64,000 nt of DNA, from assembly GCA_964016885.1 (NCBI GenBank), contig OZ024742.1, positions 278,070,001 through 278,134,000 on the forward strand, written 5' to 3'. Within the stretch, counting starts at the first letter, position 1; the number at the start of each line of letters is the position of its first letter. Below the pieces are notes generated by a model that was not told the origin of the DNA, did not search any database, and saw nothing but the letters and a program-made list of their open reading frames with translations. Source of the DNA: Eledone cirrhosa (Eukaryota). A program made the translations under genes and the position numbers. Shown piece by piece: positions 1 through 12,151 of this stretch.

Positions 1-35
1 TTGCTACACGTGATAGTTCGATTTGATTGTATATC

Positions 36-103
<68 letters not shown>

Positions 104-104
<1 letters not shown>

Positions 105-249
105 GAGCGTCGGTGGAAAAGTTCATAGAATGACCAAATTTTCAACATAGTTGTTATTAATAAGAAGAGTTGAAATTAATGCACGCTCGTTTCACAGCTC
201 TAGCATCACTCCTTCATAGTCAGCCTATGAACTTTTCGGCCGACCCTCA
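104..249. mobile_element. Mariner-type MITE
   Basis: Imperfect ~25-bp TIRs (cgagcgtcggtggaaaagttcatag / ctatgaacttttcggccgaccctca) set in (TA)n; no coding capacity. Confidence 0.65.
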
Positions 250-376
250 TATATATATATATATATATAACCAAAGATTAATATGGTTCATTGATTACTC
301 AATTAATATAGTTTTACAATATATTAAAAGCACTCTACAAAGAAGTTTTCTGGAGTTATTAATATTATTCAGAATA

Positions 377-669
377 TTAATAAATGAAGACATTCACATA
401 ATCAAAATATGTTTTATTATATATATTTCGAAGGTACAGTGCTGTTTTTCGGTACGTCCTCGTCAGGTAAAATACATAATTGATGTATGACATACGTCAA
501 CGGTCTTCATGGTTCAATTCATCTGGAATTGAACCATCAAGACCGTTGAGGTATGTCATACATCAATTATGTATTTTACCTGACGAGGACGTACCGAAAA
601 ACAGCACTGTACCTTCGAAATATATATAATAAAACATATTTTGATTATGTGAATGTCTTCATTTATTAA
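377..669. repeat. Long fold-back palindrome (144-bp arms, 5-nt loop at 521-525) with a hammerhead motif in each arm
   Basis: 377-520 is the reverse complement of 526-669 with about 2 mismatches; flanked by (TA)n. Confidence 0.95.
574..634 (+). ncRNA. Type I hammerhead ribozyme motif (mirror copy on minus strand at ~412-472)
   Basis: CTGACGA (580-586); stem II GGAcGTAC..GTACcTTC; GAAA (617-620); palindromic stem III ATATATAT; AUA cleavage triplet; weak stem I (TTTTA/TAAAA with a C.A mismatch next to the core). Same family as 32127-32177. Confidence 0.6.
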
Positions 670-718
670 ATATATATGTATATATATTCTGAATAATATA
701 TATATATATATATATATA

Positions 719-802
<84 letters not shown>

Positions 803-1797
803 TATGTATATATATTTTATACCAGCGAAATACAATCTGAAGATCTGTTAAATATTAACATATTAACCTTGGTTTTCATTTAACTGTTATTATATAAATA
901 AACAAAGAAAAAGGCAACAGTGTTAGGAACAAATAACGTTTCCCTAATCCCGGATGGAGAAAATGTTAAATTTGCCATAGTTGGTGTTTGAAATCCAAAA
1001 GTAAGGAGCCATAATCTAACTATAGAAAACTATCTCAAGATCTGTTAAATATCAACATATTTACATAAAAAAAACTAAAATAAACACCCCAAACAAACAA
1101 AGAAACACATTATGGACACCAAAATGAACGAGTCAAAAAAAATCATACATGTATCTGTTATTTTGTCATATCCTGTACATGAAGTGTATATAAAAAGAAA
1201 AGTAAAATTATTTCCCATAAACTCTATTTCGGTTATAAGAAGTAATAGAAAAAAATATATGAACTGAGTGAAAAGTTAAACAAATTAGATCCTTCTAAGA
1301 AATACAAACATTTTACAAAGATTTTTCATAGCACAGATGAATTTTTAAAGTAAAATATAAGCAAACACACGAAAAGTTGTCATGAAAAATTTTTTAAAAG
1401 CGAAGAGAAAACTTTGTTTTTAAGTGAAAATAAATAATAAGAAGAGTATATACCTCCAGTTTGCATATACATGTAATTTGTGTATACAGTTTTTAGACAT
1501 TTTAATCTGTAATATAATATATATATATATTAAATAGACGTACATACAAATATACTTATATACATACAAACACAATTATATATATACAGGCATACATACA
1601 TATACACATACATATATAAATACAAGCGTATATGTGTATGCGTACTCCTATTTGTGTATATACGCGCATACAGAAACAGACACAAAATAAACACAGACAC
1701 ATATATGCATTATATATATACATATGCATTATACACACACACCTATATATATACATACATATACATACATACGTATATGCATATATCTATATATCTA

Positions 1798-1887
<90 letters not shown>

Positions 1888-2183
1888 TACACATCTATAC
1901 TACTATACATATGAAAGTATAAATTTACACGTTCACGTGATATCCATACCAAAATAAAAGCCAGTCTGTATTTTCAGATGAAAATAAACTTCAACAGTAA
2001 AAGTAAGATTTCAGATTTCAGTTGAATTTGATGTGAATATAGCGGCAAGGAAAGGACTCAAAGAAAGGAAAATGAAGAAAAATACAAACACGCACATACA
2101 TTTATAGGCACGGACACAAACAGACATATATGAATATAGATATACATACACATATATATATATGAGAGTATCTGTGTGTGTGC

Positions 2184-2262
<79 letters not shown>

Positions 2263-2288
2263 CACATATATAGACATATACACAGGCA

Positions 2289-2335
<47 letters not shown>

Positions 2336-2879
2336 TCACATATATATGCGCATACAGACACACTCATATATAGACATAGACATATGCATGCACACACATA
2401 CACACTGACATAAGCATATTCATACGCACGTGCTTTCGTACATACACACATGAACAAACTCACAAATAGATACAAATAAGTCTATGCACACACGTATACA
2501 TAAGCACACATATATGCAGGCTTACATATTCATATATAGATGCAATCATACACACAGGCATTCACATAAACACACGCATCCTCATATACACTGAAACACT
2601 CACTTACATCGGTACATACCTGCAAACACACCTATAGTCTTGAGCACACGTACATACATACATACATATATATAGGTGTCTAATTATAGGTGTGTATATA
2701 TATATCGGTGTATGCACACACGTGTACACAAGCACACCACACATATACGCAGGATTACATATACGTATACAGATACAATCTATACACACACGCGCGCACA
2801 CGCACACACACGCACACCCACACATACACACACACGCACGCACACACACAAATACACACACACACACACAAGCACACAT

Positions 2880-2926
<47 letters not shown>

Positions 2927-3071
2927 GCATACATGTAACTGAAGGTTCTTTGTTGTTTAGGTTATTTTGCAATGTTTCATTCGTGAAATATTTTCTCATT
3001 TTCTGTATGTTTCTCTGTGTTGCTGTGTATCTATCGGTCAGTCTCACTACCCCCTCTGTCTTTCTCTCTCA

Positions 3072-3103
<32 letters not shown>

Positions 3104-3224
3104 TCATCTATCTATCTCCCCCCTCTCTCTATTCTCTTTCTCTCTGTCTCTCTCTCTCTCTCTATCTATATATATATATATATACTCTCACATGTATACA
3201 TAAACATATAAGCATATGTATGTG

Positions 3225-3274
<50 letters not shown>

Positions 3275-3522
3275 GCTTCATATATGAATATGTATAAATA
3301 TACACCTATATACTTACGTATCCACATACACATGTATATAAATATATATTGTTTTTTCGTTCAGGTTTCATATTCCTTCACTTAATTTCTCGAATGCTTT
3401 TGCTATTAATAAATACATAATTCCTTCAAACGCTATACAATTATTTAAAAAAGCATTCATGCGTATATACACATACATTCATAAATAGTCACACTATGTG
3501 TTTTGCAGAATTATTACGTTAC

Positions 3523-3562
3523 ATAAAATTGCATAGTAAAACGTGTAAGATGTCTCTAAAGT

Positions 3563-3630
<68 letters not shown>

Positions 3631-3672
3631 TCACTCTAGAGACATCTTACACGTTTTACTATGCAATTTTAT
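3523..3672. repeat. Palindrome: ~44-bp inverted arms around a self-complementary (TA)n core
   Basis: ataaaattgcatagtaaaacgtgtaagatgtctctaaagtgact ... agtcactctagagacatcttacacgttttactatgcaattttat. Confidence 0.9.
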
Positions 3673-3863
3673 ATATATATATATGTAAAAGGTAAACAGA
3701 AATAACAACACAATCGGTACAGTATATGGAAGGTATATATTAGGTTAACGCTTGATATAGCAGGAAGAGGGTATAGTAATAGTAATAAATGTGAAGACTA
3801 AAATCCGAAGAAGGCTCGATAAGGGCTCGATAAATATAAATATATATAAAACCGCTGAGTTAA

Positions 3864-3998
3864 TATTTATTAAAATAACAGATTAAAGTTTAAGTAAAGA
3901 ACCGCTGCTTTCATCCTTAACGGTATCTTCTAAAACTCCCGTTATGGGTGAAAGCAGCGATTCTTTGCTTAAACTTTAATTTGTTATTTTAATAAATA
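3864..3998. repeat. Fold-back (~60-bp arms) with a hammerhead-like fold on the minus strand at 3886-3938
   Basis: Arms 3864-3923 and 3939-3998; related copies at 33859-33909 and 32883-32904. Confidence 0.85.
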
Positions 3999-4099
3999 AA
4001 TATATATATATACTGTAGTAAAAGTTTGGTAGAAATATCTAAGATAAGAGCGCTCAGTCCATAGAACGAGTTTAGTGTAAATAATTACACAGTGGCATA

Positions 4100-4151
4100 A
4101 ACAGGTACTTAAGTTTCGTTGGGTTCTGGAACCCAACTCATTCAGCCTGTC
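4100..4151 (-). ncRNA. Type I hammerhead ribozyme with a one-nucleotide core insertion (CUGAAUGA)
   Basis: Minus strand reads GACAGG CTGAATGA GTTGGGTT ccag AACCCAAC GAAA CTTAAG TA CCTGTT: 6-bp stem I, 8-bp stem II, palindromic stem III, GUA site. Confidence 0.75.
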
Positions 4152-4664
4152 ATAAGATAAATAAAAATAAAGATAGCCGCCTGGGCTTGATTGTGTTCTA
4201 AATTACCTGACTTTGTTTAAACTCTTATGATAGTGGGCTACAAGGAAAGCATAATCAAGACTGTATGTATGTGTGTATGTGTGTGTATGTGTGTGTGTGT
4301 GTATGTCTTTATGTACGTGTGAATAGACGTGTAAGGTATACATGGATTACACATTCCAATCCACTGTTTCTTTTGATGCTCACCTGTTTGTCAACTGTAC
4401 TCATCAGAAGGTTGATTTTTGCATACGACTCATGTATTACGTTTTCAAATTATATGTTAGTTGAAATCAAGTGTCTTTTAACATTCATCGGGAAGGTTCA
4501 TTTTTAAATTCTAGAAAAGGATTTGTGATTGTGTCTACAGGCTGAAACGATTTGATTCCTTTTGTTTAGGGTCAGAACAGGGTGGGGTTCTCTAAAAGTG
4601 AAACCAGGTAACTTTCATCCATTCGTAAATACTGATGACTTATCTTTTAGTGGGTTGTAAAGAG

Positions 4665-4848
4665 CGGGGGATTGGCAGTATCGGTAGAAGGTCGGACGTC
4701 ATGCTTTACAGCATAGAGTTACGCTCCTTTATGGTCTGAGTTCAAATCCCGCCGAGGATAACTTTGCCTTTCACCCTTACGGGGTCGATAATATAAAGTA
4801 CCAGCAATGAAGTGGGATAATTGCTGGCCTTGTGCCTATATAAGAAAG
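4665..4848 (+). mobile_element. tRNA-derived SINE with Meta/MESC-like central domain
   Basis: A-box tggcagtatcgg, B-box gagttcaaatcc, core gcctttcacccttacggggtcgataa..agtaccag; many copies in the window. Confidence 0.8.
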
Positions 4849-5295
4849 CATTATTTTTACTGGTTTGTTAGAAAAGGAAGGGCAATGCCTATGACACTTT
4901 CTATTGCCACAGAAACTGTTGGGAAAGAGATTCGGAAGGAAGGAGGAACGGAGGGAGAGAGGGAGGAATGTATGCATAAACTGCATCCGAATAATACAAC
5001 AGAGTGAACATTCGCTTCAATCACTGAAGGAGCAAGTGGTACTGTTAAAACGGATGATGAGCTAGAGACACTGCAATCATAACGTAAGGAATCGGAACAA
5101 ATAGTGTACAGCATGTCATGCGACACTCTAACAATTTCGCCAAACCATTGTCCTGCTTGATACTTATTTTATTGACTTCTATAAGATAGAAAGCGAAGCT
5201 AACCTCGGGTGGGATTTGAATTGAACATCGCATATTGGCATATTTATCTTATCCAGTTGGTTACACACACGCGTACACACACACACATATATATA

Positions 5296-5371
<76 letters not shown>

Positions 5372-5399
5372 TATACATATATATACATATATATATATA

Positions 5400-5453
<54 letters not shown>

Positions 5454-5484
5454 TACATATATATACATATATATATATATATGC

Positions 5485-5518
<34 letters not shown>

Positions 5519-5522
5519 ATAC

Positions 5523-5599
<77 letters not shown>

Positions 5600-5651
5600 C
5601 ATATATGTATATATACATATATATATATGTATATATATACATACACACACC

Positions 5652-5703
<52 letters not shown>

Positions 5704-6256
5704 TATTTAAAAGATATATATAGAAAAAGAAAGAAATAGTAATTTGTTCTCCCATACATAGAGCAAATACTATTCAGGAAAATATACATACATTAAGGTG
5801 GTAAAAAGTCATTTCTTTCCTTACAACACTGTTTTATAGACAAACAAAAAAAAACAAGCAAAACCATTGATCTAAGTAATCAATTGTCGATTACTACAAT
5901 CGATTTTGGTAAGACACCAGAAAACAGATCTAATAATCAGAGAAATTGTCTTAATATATGTCCCACTCTGTACAGAATACCTTTATATCTGCCGAGAGTA
6001 GAGAGTTTGTTCCAAATCCCTACTCCATATGGTGTAAAATAATCGTTTAATAGCCAAACAGGACTGGACGTTGTGGGTGCTAGAAAGACCTATGAAGTAC
6101 CAGTCACAGTTGAAGCAACTCTATAAATTAATAAATTTAGAGTAGTTATATAATATGTGAAGGTATCAATATATATTTAATATGTATGATGATCATGTTT
6201 CTCAATAAATAAGCTCAATGGACCTTGGTTTAGAGCATCAATTATTCAAATTTAAA

Positions 6257-6310
<54 letters not shown>

Positions 6311-6314
<4 letters not shown>

Positions 6315-7030
6315 CGTTTCTGAATTTGTTTAGCAAGATTCTTTATCTGAAATCGTGTGTTGAAACCGATATTGTTATACTTTGGGAGGGTCATGTTGGC
6401 CAATAAGAAACACACGCACCAGTAGCTTTCACTTCAATTTATTATATATTTATAAATTTATAAATTTACAAATCTACAAATTTATAAATTTCTGGTTGGT
6501 TGGTTGGTTCCACAACCAGATAGTTGTTTATATATAGTCATTGTCCTTTCGTCACACACTCTGTGATCTCTTCAGTGACTGGGGATTCCTTTCTTTGTTT
6601 CTGTGCCTTTCCTTTCTTCTGTCCTACGCCATTTTGTTTCTGTGTGTGTGTTGTGTGCTCAGTTTGCGCATGCGCCACATCCGGGTGTCTGTGTGTGTTT
6701 GTGTTCATTTATCTATTTGTTTATTTATTTACATGTTATTGGTTGGTTGTTTGTTCTATGTGTGTGTGTGTTTTCATTTTGTCCTTAATTGTAAGTTGTG
6801 ATGTTGCTGTTCCACTCATATTTTCTATTTAATTTTGGTTGTAATTCTTTTATGTTTATTGCCTCTGTAATTTGTCTAAACATTGCATCTTTTCTGTGTG
6901 TAGATTCTATTTTTATTTCTATGTTCTCTAATTTACCCTTGTGTTCTATCTTAGCATGTTGGTAGAGTACAGATGATTCTTTATTATCTTGAAGGTCTCG
7001 CCAGTGTTCATTTATCCGTTCGGAACGGAT
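6311..7030 (-). mobile_element. Penelope-like element 3' remnant (GIY-YIG C-terminus plus 3' terminal repeat)
   Basis: Minus strand translates ERINEH..SVLYQHAKIEH..FRQITEAINIKELQPKLNRKYEW; terminal sequence recurs at 7790-8085, 48790-49050, 58695-58950 and 63303-63352, generally next to (TA)n. Confidence 0.7.
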
Positions 7031-7086
7031 ATATATTGAGAAATATGGTAATCATACATAGTAAATATGTATTAATACATAACATA

Positions 7087-7144
<58 letters not shown>

Positions 7145-7789
7145 GGGAATCTAGATCGATTTGATGCCAGAGGCACAGAATCCACGCAATATTTCGATCT
7201 TGCTTCCTCTAGCTCAATGATGGCGATCCACCGAGCATGAAAAATTCGCTTTGGAGCATATCCATATTGTTTCGTTCATAGGAATGTGACACTAATATAG
7301 AACAAACAGGCTGATAACAATCAAAGAAATTTAATAATTCCAACAGTTTAACATAGAATGAGTTGAGATATTTACACTTCCATTGCCTGGACCAAAATTT
7401 TGGTTTCGACCTCCGAAAAAATTTGCCAAGTATTGGAAATTGATTAATGGCAAATTAGGAGTGAGAGGAACTTTTCACCAGATAGTATTACTGGTAGCTG
7501 AAAATTCGACGGTCCATGCAGATGTGAGTTGTGTGACGGAATTCGACAGTTATCTTCCGAGAAATTGGCGATCAGTGTGTTTGGCGTAATGATGCTAAAA
7601 ATAGCAGCAACTCGCTCGGCTAATCAAAAGCAACTAAACCAGTTCTGGTATTGAATCACAGAGGGGAATTTAGATGGATTTGATGCCAGTGGCAGAGAAG
7701 CCAACGCAAGTTTTCGATCTTTCTTCCTCTAGAACTGCCCAACGATAGCGATGCCCACATGTGTGGATAATTCGCTTCTTTTTAAAAAA

Positions 7790-8085
7790 ACAAGATGGTG
7801 TAGGACACCAAGATGGTGTAGGAGAGACACACAAAATAAAAACCTAGTCACTGAGCAGGTCACAGAATTTGTGATGAAAGATCTTTGACAATATATAAAC
7901 AACTTTCTGTTATCGAACCAACCAACCAACCAGCCAACCAACCGGAAATTTATAATAAATTGAAATGAAAATCAACAAGTGCATGTATTTTTATTGGCAA
8001 CATGACCCTCTCAAAGTATAACAATATCTGTTTCAGCACACTTTTTCAGATAAGAAATCTCGCAAAACAAATTCAAAAACGAATT
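7790..8085 (+). mobile_element. Copy of the PLE terminal repeat seen at 6311-6640
   Basis: Reverse-complement similarity to 6311-6640 (ggcaacatgaccctc..aaagtataacaatatc). Confidence 0.7.
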
Positions 8086-8265
8086 ATATATATATATATA
8101 TATATCCTCTTAATAAGTCGGCAAACCTCACAAAAATACTGTAACTCTATGATGTAGTGTTTTAGCATAATATGCCACGAAACTACGTAGTCAAGGAGTA
8201 ATGAATGAATTTGGGTATGGTATATCTTATTAATTAAATCTAATGTTTCTTCTTTCTTTATAATG

Positions 8266-8383
<118 letters not shown>

Positions 8384-8384
8384 A

Positions 8385-8525
8385 AAAAAAGATGAAATCG
8401 AAATTGCAACTGGAGTCTTATTTAAAAAAATATATATATATATTTATTTGGTTCCTTTACCGGTTTCGCAGTTCTTCTGCTTTTCAAAGGTAGAGTTGAG
8501 ATGGAGGGTCTGTGGTTTTTCTCAC
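8385..8525 (-). mobile_element. PLE terminal-repeat fragment with a U3-A8 hammerhead motif (8455-8490)
   Basis: Near-identical to 53281-53417; minus strand TTGAAAA GCAG aagaa CTGC GAAA CCGG TA. Confidence 0.7.
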
Positions 8526-9029
8526 ACACACATATATATATATATACATTGTTCTCGCTCTCTCTCACTCTTGATTACCACATATAATACAGACTATATA
8601 CGCAATATATTCACACTATATATATAGTAACTGTTGGCATCATGAATGGTTGGTATATAAATTGAGGAACTGACAAAAGAATGAAGAGGTCATTTTATAT
8701 ATCACCGAGAAATAATCTCTCTTAGAGAAGTGGTGCTCCACACACACGTACACAAACATATACACACACATTCACAGACATTCACAGAGTGATTGGTGTG
8801 TATGTGCATGCTTATATTTGTATGTATATGTATTGTAGACATAAAGTATATACACATGTGTACATTGTCTATTTCCCCATTTATCTCTTTGTGTATCTAC
8901 ATATATACAATATTATATATAAGATACTATATATATATATATATATACGCACACACATACACGTGCACACACACACATATATATATATAGAGAGAGAGAT
9001 AGATAGATAGATATATAGATAGAGAGAGA

Positions 9030-9110
<81 letters not shown>

Positions 9111-9482
9111 AAAAAAGAGATTTATGCAGACTAACATATACTGAGACTTTTATTTTTATGCAAGTGTATGTAGGTCTCTGTGCGTGTGCTTATACGTCCG
9201 TATGATGCATATGTATGTTTATTTACGTTTGTGAGTCAGACATTTCAAAATGGCGTCAGTTTTTCACATAAAAACAGGCTCACAAAATTTGAAATCTATT
9301 TGAGTCTATAAAATTGAAATAGAGTCTACTATAAAATCTAAATAGTGTCTGCTCAACCGAAACCAGGAATGCTCTTTAAAAGAATGTTAAAACCCAACGG
9401 TATTCTCCGCCTCCATTTTGCTTTGGTGTTTTGTTTAAAATCTAATCTATATACTGCTTCATATATGATATCTTTATTGAGA

Positions 9483-9830
9483 AGGCACGTGGTTTAGTGG
9501 TTAGGATGTTTCGCTCATGATCATAAGGTCGTCTATTCGATTTCAGGTGGCGTGTTGGCTCTTTATTTCACATTGCTCCAGTCCATGAAATAAATTGCAC
9601 GGCGAATCTTCTAGAGAATTACATCAAGTTACATGCACATTAATTTCAAAAGTGGTGTGTTTCATTAATAAAGGGACACTCATCGATAGAACCAACGGAT
9701 TGAATAGTTCACGACGAAGGTATAGAAACTGTATGCAAATGCGATGGATTGACTGCATTTGTAATTCAAAGGTTAGACATGTCATACACTGTCAATGAGA
9801 ATTACATTAAGTACAGGCATATATTGTATG
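9483..9830 (+). mobile_element. Degenerate tRNA-derived SINE (second family)
   Basis: tggtttagtggtt A-box and ttcgatt B-box-like head; body resembles 63045-63283 and the reverse complement of 36960-37590. Confidence 0.5.
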
Positions 9831-10477
9831 TGAAAAGAGCGCTTTAAATTAACTGCATGCTGTAGAAAATAATATGAATTAAATTAGGTAATGGTATGTG
9901 TGCATCTTCAGCGAACCTTCAGCGCAAAGGGTTTGGCAGCAGATGGGTCGCCTGACCAGTAAACCTATCCCTTCCAGAAGAGAGGGAGATAATGAGCCGT
10001 TAGGAGGCCTCTTGGGTGATGTTGCCGAGGTTTTCCTGTTGTTTTTGTTGTTGTTGTAGTCGGTACTGTTTGTGGGGTTGTTGGTTATGCGACGGACCGC
10101 ATTTTGGATAGTATCAACAGAGGTATTGATGCTGACAATAGAGCCGGCTCTTTCCACCAGCCGTCTAATCTGTTCTACCTCGGGTTAAATTGCTTTCTGG
10201 AAAGAGGATTTTGAAGCACTAGCGATACATATCTTACTAGTTGTGCTGGCATTCCTGGCTGGTTTGTTGGCTGGCTCGTTTTTGTTGTTATTGCTGTTGT
10301 TTTTCTTATTGTTATTGTTGTTGTCATTATTTTCATTGTTATCGTCGTTTTTGATCTTATAGCTGTTGCTTTTGCTGCTGTTGATTTTGTGATTTTGTTG
10401 TTATCGATGTTTTCAGTGTTGTTATTGTTGTTCATATTATTTATATCATTGCTATTGTCATGTAAGTAATTTTCATT

Positions 10478-10668
10478 GGTGGATTGGCAGTATCGGTAGA
10501 AGGTCGGACGCCATGCTTTGACGTATAGAGTTACGGCCCTTGCCATTCTGAGTTCAAATCCCGCCGAGGTTAACTTTGCCTTTCATCCTTACGGGGTCGA
10601 TAAAATAAAGTACCAGTAATGCACTACAATAATTGCTGGTCTTGCGCCAAAAGTAGAAACAATTATTT
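10478..10668 (+). mobile_element. Meta-type tRNA SINE
   Basis: Full copy with A/B boxes, core and gaaacaattatt tail. Confidence 0.85.
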
Positions 10669-11074
10669 GAAACCACATTGTGTGAAAAATCGTTGATACT
10701 CTGTTCTAATTATTTCTTATTAAGTTTGATGGCTGGTAGAAGCTTCATTAACAAACATTTTCACTTTGACAGGCGAAACATTGTCCCGCTCTCTGGACAT
10801 GAATTACTACTGCTCTCTCCTTGTCCACTTGTGGTATACATGTTAAGATTTTAGACTGATAAAGATTAAACGTTTAAAATTCTGATATCATGACAGCCCT
10901 AAACAGTGCCGTTGTAGATGTATTTATTCCAACCTGAAAAGTTGCTCAGTGTTGCTCTTCTAGTCCTTTGTCAAGTTTAAGAAGTTGAACAAAAGGTTAC
11001 GACCGATAAAAAAAAAAAAAAAAAAAAATTCGAGAGCCGAGAATAAACGTGCTTCTACTTCAGTAGTCAATAAT

Positions 11075-11858
11075 TATAATAATTGTTTCTACTTTTAGGC
11101 ACAAGGCCAGCAATTACCCCAATGCATTACTGGTGCTTTATTTTATCGACCCCGTAAGGATGAAAGGCAAAGCTAACCTCAGCGATATTAGCTTGCCTTT
11201 AATCCTTACGGGGTCGATAAAATAAAGCACCAGTAATGCATTGGGGTAATTGCTGGCCTTGTGCCAAAAGTAGAAACAATTTATAATAATTGTTTCTACC
11301 TCTGGCACAAGGCCAGCAATTAACCAGTACATTACTGGTACTTTATTTTATCGACCCCGTATGGATGAAAGGCAAAGTTAACCTCGGCGGGATTTAAACT
11401 CAGATCATAATGGTTTCTGATTTAAGCACAGCCAACACTTTGAGGGGTGGAGTGGAAAATTGATTAAATTGACCCTAGTGCGATGCTGGTGCTTTATTTT
11501 ATCGACCCCGTAACGATGTAAGGCAAAGCTAGCCTCGGCGGGATTTGAACTGAGAACGTAAAGGGCCGTAACTCTATGTCACAAAGCATACTGTTTGATG
11601 TTCTATCGATACTGCCAACCCACCACACTAATAATAATAATTGTTTCTTATATAGGCACAAGGCCAGCAATTTTTGGGGGAGGGGAAAGTCGATTAAATC
11701 GACCCCAGTGCGTGAGTGGTTCTTTATTTTATCGACCCCGTAAGGATGAAAGGCAAAGTTAACCTTGGCGGGATTTGAACTCAGATTAAAAAGGGCCATG
11801 ATTCTATGTTGCAAAGGATGGCGTCCAACCCTCTACCGATATTGTCAATCCACCACAC
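11075..11858 (-). mobile_element. Cluster of Meta-type SINE copies, including a fold-back pair (11081-11281)
   Basis: Repeated ttttatcgaccccgtaaggatgaaaggcaaag cores separated by short AAT tracts; ~95-bp inverted arms around an 11-nt loop. Confidence 0.85.
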
Positions 11859-11917
<59 letters not shown>

Positions 11918-12151
11918 TTTTCTTTATTAACCACAAGGGTTTACATAAAGTAGACATTAAGGACAATACAGGACGGTACAAATGGGCATTTCTGCGTGTA
12001 AAAAAAAACAGAGGTTGAAATAAAATAACAAAGAAAAATTCCCCAACAGGGGGGAGACTTCCGAGGGACATTTGTGGAGAAAGCCCATTAAAAGACCACA
12101 GTGGCCCTGACCACCAGGGCAAGTGCCCTCTCCCAGTTTTCCACCTTTAAT

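Noticed and set aside
6343-6378. CTGAAAT..GAAAC hammerhead-like motif (also ~8015-8050, minus strand)
   Set aside because: G8 is missing with no compensation, stem II is about 2 bp, and it is antisense to the adjacent GIY-YIG frame.
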